Assembly (NCBI GenBank): GCA_038087875.1
Contig: JAXLNO010000218.1
Span: forward strand, 1 to 38,931
Source: Malacoraja senta
Lineage: Eukaryota
Length of the DNA stretch: 38,931 nucleotides
Direction: 5' to 3'
The stretch's first letter is position 1, and every line of letters starts with the position of its first letter. This document shows, in pieces, positions 31,870 to 38,931 of this stretch. The notes under the pieces are model-generated. The model did not search any database. It worked only from the letters and a program-made list of their open reading frames with translations, and was not told the DNA's origin. The translations under genes were made by a program, and so were the position numbers.

Positions 31870-32190
31870 CAGAAGGAACTGCAGATGCTGGTTTAAAACG
31901 AAGATAGACACAAAACGCTGGAGGAACTCAGCGGGACAGGCAGCATCTCTGGAAAGAAGGAATGGGTGACTTTTCGGGTCGAGACCCTTCTTCAGATTGA
32001 AGAACTGTCTCGACCCAAAACGTCAGCCTTTCCTTCCTTCCAGAGATGCTGGCTGTCCCGCTGCATTGTAAGCTGGCCAAGCGAAATATGAGGTGCTGTC
32101 CCTCCCATTTGTGTGTGTCCTCACTCTGACAGTGGAGGAGGCCCAGGGCAGAACAGTATGGGAATGAGAGCTAAAATGTTTGGTAACTGT
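31870..32190. mobile_element. Back-to-back PLE pLTRs plus GIY-YIG-end fragment
   Basis: Antisense pLTR at 31872-31996 abuts a sense pLTR at 31997-32063, followed by a minus-strand KHFSSHSH fragment. Confidence 0.75.
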
Positions 32191-32227
32191 TGAAGCTTGC
32201 TGTGTATTCTGGTCGAAGAAAAGGTAG

Positions 32228-32615
32228 AGACCATATAACCATGTAACAATGACAGCACGGAAACAGGCCATCTCGGCCCTTCTTGTCCATGCCGAACACT
32301 TACTCTCACCTAGTCCCATCTACCTGCACTCAGACCATAACCCTCCATTCCTTTCCCATCCATATACCTATCCAATCTATTTTTAAATGATAAAATCGAA
32401 CCAGCCACCACCACTTCCACTGGAAGCTCATTCCGCACAGCTACCACTCTCTGAGTAAAGAAGTTCCCCCTCATGTTACCCCTAAACTTCTGTCCCTTAA
32501 TTCTCAAATCATGTCCCCTTGTTTGAATCTTCCCTACTCTCAATGGGAAAAGCTTATCCACGTCAACTCTGTCTATCCCTCTCATCATTTTAAAGACCTC
32601 TATCGTCCCCCCTTA
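32228..32615 (-). mobile_element. CR1 3' end
   Basis: ORF MMRGIDRVDVDKLFPL...FFTQRVVAVRNELP...GRWD. Confidence 0.9.
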
Positions 32616-33023
32616 ACAGGACTTAAATAAAGCAATTTTTGGTGTGGGTTTTGGAAGCGATGATTAAAACACAAATCTTGCTTTCTCTTTTGACGACGTG
32701 TCAATTATCTAAACCAATAACACTGTTGCTACTCAGATATAATTTTTTTCTCTCATCTGTAGAGAGCACCGACTCATAAATGGATATCGGCCTGCTAGTC
32801 CCTCTCAGTACAGCTCATGCCCAACCCTCGCACACCCCATGACAAGGTTTAATGCAAGTGGTATATTCAAATCAGGATTTACATATTCACTTTTCATATT
32901 TCTGAATAGGCTTACTGATAAAATATTACAGATACATAGTATCAATGTTACTCCCTATTAAACACACACAGAACTAAAAGGCCTGTCTCACGAGTCTGTG
33001 GTCATTGGCGGCTAAACAGGAAG

Positions 33024-33330
33024 AATAGTAAGATTAAACGAGAACTTACCAGTTTGAAGTTTGATCTTTATTTTATGAGGAGTTACGTTGGTGATTACGT
33101 GAAGAACCCCGTCAGGGCGCATGCGCGTCAATCTTCAAAGCAGCGGTATGAAATCACAGACAACACCATAATTGAAGTAACATATTAAGATGATCAACAT
33201 GAGAACTACCATTATGACCTTTTTTCTATGAGAGAGGGTTGGGCGTGGCGGGCACGTAATCACCAACGTAACTCCTCATAAAATAAAGATCAAACTTCAA
33301 ACTGGTAAGTTCTCGTTTAATCTTACTATT
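33024..33330. repeat. DIRS 3' terminus / ICR: perfect 78-bp inverted repeat
   Basis: 33024-33101 is the exact reverse complement of 33253-33330. Confidence 0.95.
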
Positions 33331-33575
33331 TTACTTCGGAGTCACGTGAGTGACTACGTGAAGATTTTAAAGCTCTGTGATTTTTATGCCGCAGATCAAA
33401 ATCCCGGCTTCTCACTGCATCGATTGACTCCGAGTATCATCAATAATGCTGTAAACATGACATTGCATATCATGCAAAAACAAAACAGTTTTATTTTTGG
33501 TCATAAAACAACCAATAAACCCTCTTAATGTAGGGCAACAAACGAAACAGAATGAAACAGTATTGAAAACAGACT

Positions 33576-34570
33576 TTAAACAATAGCAACAGCACTCAAT
33601 ATTGAGTTAGCAAACAGCCCTCCATCGGCAATCGGCCGATGGTAGTATTGCTGAAACACAAGTTCATTTTTCCAACCTGCGGCTTTTAATATATGGTCGA
33701 TGGGAACGTCCATCGCCCTGGCCGCGGATGTTGCTACTGCGCTAGTGGAATGAGATGTAAACACATAAATGTTAATTCCTGCCTGAACCAACTCTTGCTT
33801 TAACCACCTTGAGATAGTCTGAACTGCCACTCTTTTATGTTGGCTTCTTGTAACTGACAAATAATCCTGTTTCTTCTTGTCTTAAAGCCCTTGCGGCTTC
33901 AATGTAATGTAACAAATGTGTCCTCACACATAAACATGGAGCTGTAGGATATGCTGAGAACACAATCTTAAGACCTGTCACACCTGGCCTGCTTTGTTTG
34001 AGCAGGTCAGAAATATAAAACAGAACATTCTCTGTATTCACTTCCATTCTCTCGAACTGAAGTTTTTGCAAAGTCTGCACTCTCTGTACTGACACCAATG
34101 CCATTAGCATAGCCAATTTCATGGTTAATTTTAACAAAGTTATAGACGTGACAGGGACCCAATGACGAAGTATGTTACGAACAACACTTACCTCGCAGAT
34201 TACCATATACCTAGGCAGTTTGGAATTAAAGATTCCTTTCATCAACCTAGATATGAGAGGGTGAGAACCTATACTTTGTGTCCGTGTACCTATTACAAGA
34301 TATGCCGACCAAGCACTTCTAGCTGTATTGATAGCAGTATAGCTAAGACCCTCATCATAATAAAGTGTAGATAAACTCTAACACATTTTCAATAACTACA
34401 GTATCATATTGAATATTCTTTTGAACACAATATTGTTCCCATTTTTTTTTTTTTTTCCCATAAGTCATATACTGTTTTTGAGTACTGTTTCTCCAGGCTG
34501 CAGCGAGTATATACACCGTTGGCCTAGAAAGTCCTCGACCAATGTAAGGCATTCTTAAAACCTGCAAATT
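33576..34570 (-). pseudogene. DIRS tyrosine recombinase, copy 1
   Basis: AAWRNSTQKQY, LTMKLAMLMALVSVQRVQTL, LKQSRPG, CLCVRTHLLHY, TISRWLK, FTSHSTS (HxxR with R lost) and AAGW..ELVFQQYY; frameshifted. Confidence 0.92.
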
Positions 34571-35329
34571 AACAGATCCATACCATCACATAACGGATGA
34601 ACTTAATGCGTTACTGGATGCTCCAGCAAATTCCTACTGTTTGGAATCAGCAAAAAGAGGTTGGATCGCTATCTGTAACATCAAAGGAAACCATGGTTGA
34701 ATCAGGCAATTTGGTATCACCAAAACCCCTGAAGCGGCATCCTGCTTGATTTTCTCAAACACCGACCTATGAGGCAGAATGGTGGGAAAATGTACACAAA
34801 CATATCATCCCAATTTAGTGAAAAAGCATCAATTGCCACTGCCCCTGGATCTGGTGCCTATGAAACATATTTTGGCCTTCCATATAGAAGTACTATGTTC
34901 TTGAACACATCCTGGTTCCACATCCACTCTGTGTTATGATGGAATTTTCGTGAGCTGCCATCTGGTACTACATTAAGTTTCCCTGGCAGATAGATAGCTC
35001 CAATCCAAATCTCTCTATCCCTACTCCAGGTCCAATTGTATTTGCCAACCTGTCACATGATAACGATTTGATTCCACCCATGTGATTCATATCAGCAACT
35101 GCTGTAGTGTTGTCTATTTTGCACTGCACATGCAAACTAGTTTAGTTAGTGCCATAAGCCTTGAGTCCATAAAATACTCTTGGTTAATTCCCCATGTATG
35201 CAGAAGCAATGTCCATCTGTCTCCACCGCTGGATCTTGTATCAGTAGCACCCTACCCAAAAACAACCAATAAACCCTCTTAATGTAGGGCAACAAACGAA
35301 ACAGAATGAAACAGTATTGAAAACAGACT

Positions 35330-36323
35330 TTAAACAATAGCAACAGCACTCAATATTGAGTTAGCAAACAGCCCTCCATCGGCAATCGGCCGATGGTAGT
35401 ATTGCTGAAACACAAGTTCATTTTTCCAACCTGCGGCTTTTAATATATGGTCGATGGGAACGTCCATCGCCCTGGCCGCGGATGTTGCTACTGCGCTAGT
35501 GGAATGAGATGTAAACACATAAATGTAATTCCTGCCTGAACCAACTCTTGCTTTAACCACCTTGAGATAGTCTGAACTGCCACTCTTTTATGTTGGCTTC
35601 TTGTAACTGACAAATAATCCTGTTTCTTCTTGTCTTAAAGCCCTTGCGGCTTCAATGTAATGTAACAAATGTGTCCTCACACATAAACATGGAGCTGTAG
35701 GATATGCTGAGAACACAATCTTAAGACCTGTCACACCTGGCCTGCTTTGTTTGAGCAGGTCAGAAATATAAAACAGAACATTCTCTGTATTCACTTCCAT
35801 TCTCTCGAACTGAAGTTTTTGCAAAGTCTGCACTCTCTGTACTGACACCAATGCCATTAGCATAGCCAATTTCATGGTTAATTTTAACAAAGTTATAGAC
35901 GTGACAGGGACCCAATGACGAAGTATGTTACGAACAACACTTACCTCGCAGATTACCATATACCTAGGCAGTTTGGAATTAAAGATTCCTTTCATCAACC
36001 TAGATATGAGAGGGTGAGAACCTATACTTTGTGTCCGTGTACCTATTACAAGATATGCCGACCAAGCACTTCTAGCTGTATTGATAGCAGTATAGCTAAG
36101 ACCCTCATCATAATAAAGTGTAGATAAACTCTAACACATTTTCAATAACTACAGTATCATATTGAATATTCTTTTGAACACAATATTGTTCCCATTTTTT
36201 TTTTTTTTTCCCATAAGTCATATACTGTTTTTGAGTACTGTTTCTCCAGGCTGCAGCGAGTATATACACCGTTGGCCTAGAAAGTCCTCGACCAATGTAA
36301 GGCATTCTTAAAACCTGCAAATT
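35330..36323 (-). pseudogene. DIRS tyrosine recombinase, copy 2
   Basis: Duplicate of copy 1 with one additional frameshift. Confidence 0.92.
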
Positions 36324-36329
36324 AACAGA

Positions 36330-38100
36330 TCCATACCATCACATAACGGATGAACTTAATGCGTTACTGGATGCTCCAGCAAATTCCTACTGTTTGGAAT
36401 CAGCAAAAAGAGGTTGGATCGCTATCTGTAACATCAAAGGAAACCATGGTTGAATCAGGCAATTTGGTATCACCAAAACCCCTGAAGCGGCATCCTGCTT
36501 GATTTTCTCAAACACCGACCTATGAGGCAGAATGGTGGGAAAATGTACACAAACATATCATCCCAATTTAGTGAAAAAGCATCAATTGCCACTGCCCCTG
36601 GATCTGGTGCCTATGAAACATATTTTGGCCTTCCATATAGAAGTACTATGTTCTTGAACACATCCTGGTTCCACATCCACTCTGTGTTATGATGGAATTT
36701 TCGTGAGCTGCCATCTGGTACTACATTAAGTTTCCCTGGCAGATAGATAGCTCCAATCCAAATCTCTCTATCCCTACTCCAGGTCCAATTGTATTTGCCA
36801 ACCTGTCACATGATAACGATTTGATTCCACCCATGTGATTCATATCAGCAACTGCTGTAGTGTTGTCTATTTTGCACTGCACATGCAAACTAGTTTAGTT
36901 AGTGCCATAAGCCTTGAGTCCATAAAATACTCTTGGTTAATTCCCCATGTATGCAGAAGCAATGTCCATCTGTCTCCACCGCTGGATCTTGTATCAGTAG
37001 CACCCTACCCAAGTGCTCTGACATCTGTCTGCAAAATCATGGAAGCTTGGTCCAATAACACTTTGGAACTACTAGTGGACACAAGCTGAATCCACCATTG
37101 TACATCAGCAACAGCCTCTATTGATAGAAGCATAGGTCTATTATAATGACCCCAATGTATCCTCAATGCTTGTTCCTTTGACCTTTGTAATTGTAGATAA
37201 TAAAGTGGCCATATTGAACTGCTGGAAATGCTGCCAGCCATTACCACAGCAGACTTGTCACCTGGCTAATTGAAGGCTGTGTGTTAGCAATTAACTTGAT
37301 ATAGCTCTTAATTAGCTCTACCCTTTTTTGCCTGGGCAAGGTCACAATGATGTTGATTAAGTCCATTGTGAACCCAACTAGTCAATTTGTGTCACAGGTA
37401 TAAATTTAGATTTCTCTGGATAGCTTATAAAGCCCAATTAAAAAATGGTTTTTACCAACTGCCACTGATGCTTCAGCTGTTTCCTTTGATTGTCCTACAA
37501 TCAAGATATTATCTAGTTAAGCCATGAACACATGTCCTTGACTTCTCATCATGCCTAGAATAGGTTTTAACAACTTTGTAATCCCTCTAGGAGCTGAAGA
37601 AAAACCATTAGGCAGTGGATTGTATTGGCATAATTGCCCCATCCAGCTGAATTTTAAATCTTCTATCCTGCAAATGAACAGACACTGAATCCGCATCTTT
37701 AAGATCTCCTTCACAAACGTTTCCATCTTAAAATGTCTATACCGTACAAAAGGGTTAAGACTATTCAGGTCTGTATAATTCTGCATCCCCCCATCCTTTT
37801 TTGGTCTGGGAAAGATATTGGACACAAACTGATGGCTTTGGTAAACTGCCTTAGCAATTACACCTTTATTACATAAGGTTGCAAGTTCCAGCTGAACTTC
37901 CAATTGTTCAGTGATACTGAAGTCAAACTCCTTTTTTGGAACATGTTGCATGGGTAAATCAGAATTTGCATTAAGCTTTATTTGATGCCCTTGAATAACC
38001 TTCAGTATAAACATATCTGAGGTAAACATTTAATTGTATCACATTAGATCTGTCTACATGAGAACCAGACCCTCTTACCTCCTTACCACCTGGCATTCTT
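36330..38100 (-). pseudogene. DIRS pol: RT, RNase H, Dam-like methyltransferase
   Basis: RT: FVSNIFPRPKKDGG, HFKMET, LPNGFSSAPR, FMA*LDNIL (YLDD dead). RH: LQTDV..LG, IDNTTAVA..NHMGG. MT: IDAFSLNW..VYIFPPF..QPWF. Confidence 0.9.
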
Positions 38101-38122
38101 CCCCAGACTTGAGCTGGATATC

Positions 38123-38844
38123 TCACCTCCGTGGCGGTGCTACAGCCGAACGCCAACTGCGCTGCATCGTAGCTGGACTCGTCCCTTGCCCGGACCAGTC
38201 TGCTCCCTTATAGGGATACTTCCGCTTTGGTGAATATGTGGCTGTCGTCTTAGCCTCCTCCTCCAGCTCCTTCACCTGCTGTGCGAAATCCTCGCCAAAC
38301 AGCTGTGCCGGTTGCACTGTGCCAGGCTGGCAGAGTGAAGCATATTTAGCATTGATGGTTGGTCTAATCGCATCTTGCGGAGGCAGTTGATCTCAAAGTG
38401 GGCACTCCACAATAGCACCTTTTGTTGTAATTTGTCATGGCCTCTCCATCTACCATCCTGGCAAAGCTCGTTATACCAGATGCCAGCAACTTTAAAAATA
38501 TGCTGGAGCTTCACATGCTCCTGGGCTTTCATTAGTATGCCCATCTTGCCCCAATTCTTCCTGTTCCCAACAGGAACTTTTAACAGTCCACAGTTGATTG
38601 GGGCTTCATACTTCGTTACTGTCTCATCCATTGTCAGCTCCTGTAGCTGATGTGAGACTTGGTAATTTATGCTGGTGGCAAGTTCCTCACCCAGAGGCTC
38701 ACCAGCGTCCGACGACATGGCAAACCGTGCTGCACACGGTGTCAGCTCTGACAGCTGCCTGCCCTCCCTTTGGAAGTCGTCGGACTCAGGGTCAGAGCGT
38801 ATCTGCCCTTCTGCACTCACCTCTTGCAAAGAGGGTGCTTTCAA
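38123..38844 (-). pseudogene. DIRS gag-like ORF1
   Basis: GEPLGEELATSIN...KYEAPINC.LKVP..N...W and QLFGEDFAQQVKEL, located upstream of RT. Confidence 0.75.
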
Positions 38845-38931
38845 GCAGGCCTCTACTAGGCACTGCCAGCGGTTCCGTCCCCACGGCCTCCCGCCTGCAC
38901 TACTCCTCCTGGAGTATGGCTTTATGAAGCA

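Larger units (their letters stand above)
33505..37012. repeat. ~1.75-kb tandem duplication within DIRS
   Basis: 33505-35258 is repeated at 35259-37012. ORFs recur at an offset of 1753-1754; the only difference noticed is a 1-nt T indel at ~35526. Confidence 0.95.
33024..38931 (-). mobile_element. DIRS1-like tyrosine-recombinase retrotransposon (5' end outside window)
   Basis: Order gag-RT-RH-MT-YR on the minus strand, with the 3' terminal repeat paired to the internal complementary region. Confidence 0.95.

Noticed and set aside
1343..32063. Recurrent ~100-bp repeat as a CRISPR-like array
   Set aside because: Copies are dispersed, in both orientations, lack regular spacers, and are attached to GIY-YIG PLE ORFs in eukaryotic DNA.
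33576..36640. Phage integrase plus Dam methyltransferase as a prophage or horizontal transfer
   Set aside because: YR and MT are standard DIRS1 domains, here in the canonical order with RT/RH and an ICR.

Overview
Eukaryotic, non-bacterial DNA. It is a transposon-dense intronic or intergenic window from a cartilaginous fish, most likely a skate or ray; this is inferred from the HE1-like V-SINEs, the CR1/HER1-like LINEs and the Penelope pLTR family. I recognise no host protein-coding gene; only weak candidate micro-exons are present. Contents: (1) many CR1 LINE fragments, including one near-full ORF2 split by nested insertions; (2) a 3.1-kb 5'-truncated L1 with a TSD; (3) Rex1/Babar and L2 fragments; (4) a degenerate Gypsy gag; (5) two hAT elements, one with TIRs plus an 8-bp TSD and one with a transposase pseudogene; (6) a PIF/Harbinger MITE; (7) a DIRS1-like tyrosine-recombinase retrotransposon with a perfect 78-bp ITR/ICR pairing and a 1.75-kb internal tandem duplication; (8) about a dozen Penelope-like (GIY-YIG) fragments whose pLTRs carry minimal hammerhead-ribozyme motifs, several as tiny TSD-flanked inverted units. 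The most interesting signals are the dispersed hammerhead mini-elements, a 2.5-kb region bounded by inverted arms that include non-PLE flank, templated insertions at retrotransposon junctions, a hAT with two left ends, and the DIRS end structure. I cannot support a wholly new biological system; these are unusual instances of known families. Family assignments come from motif recognition only, and many boundaries are approximate.
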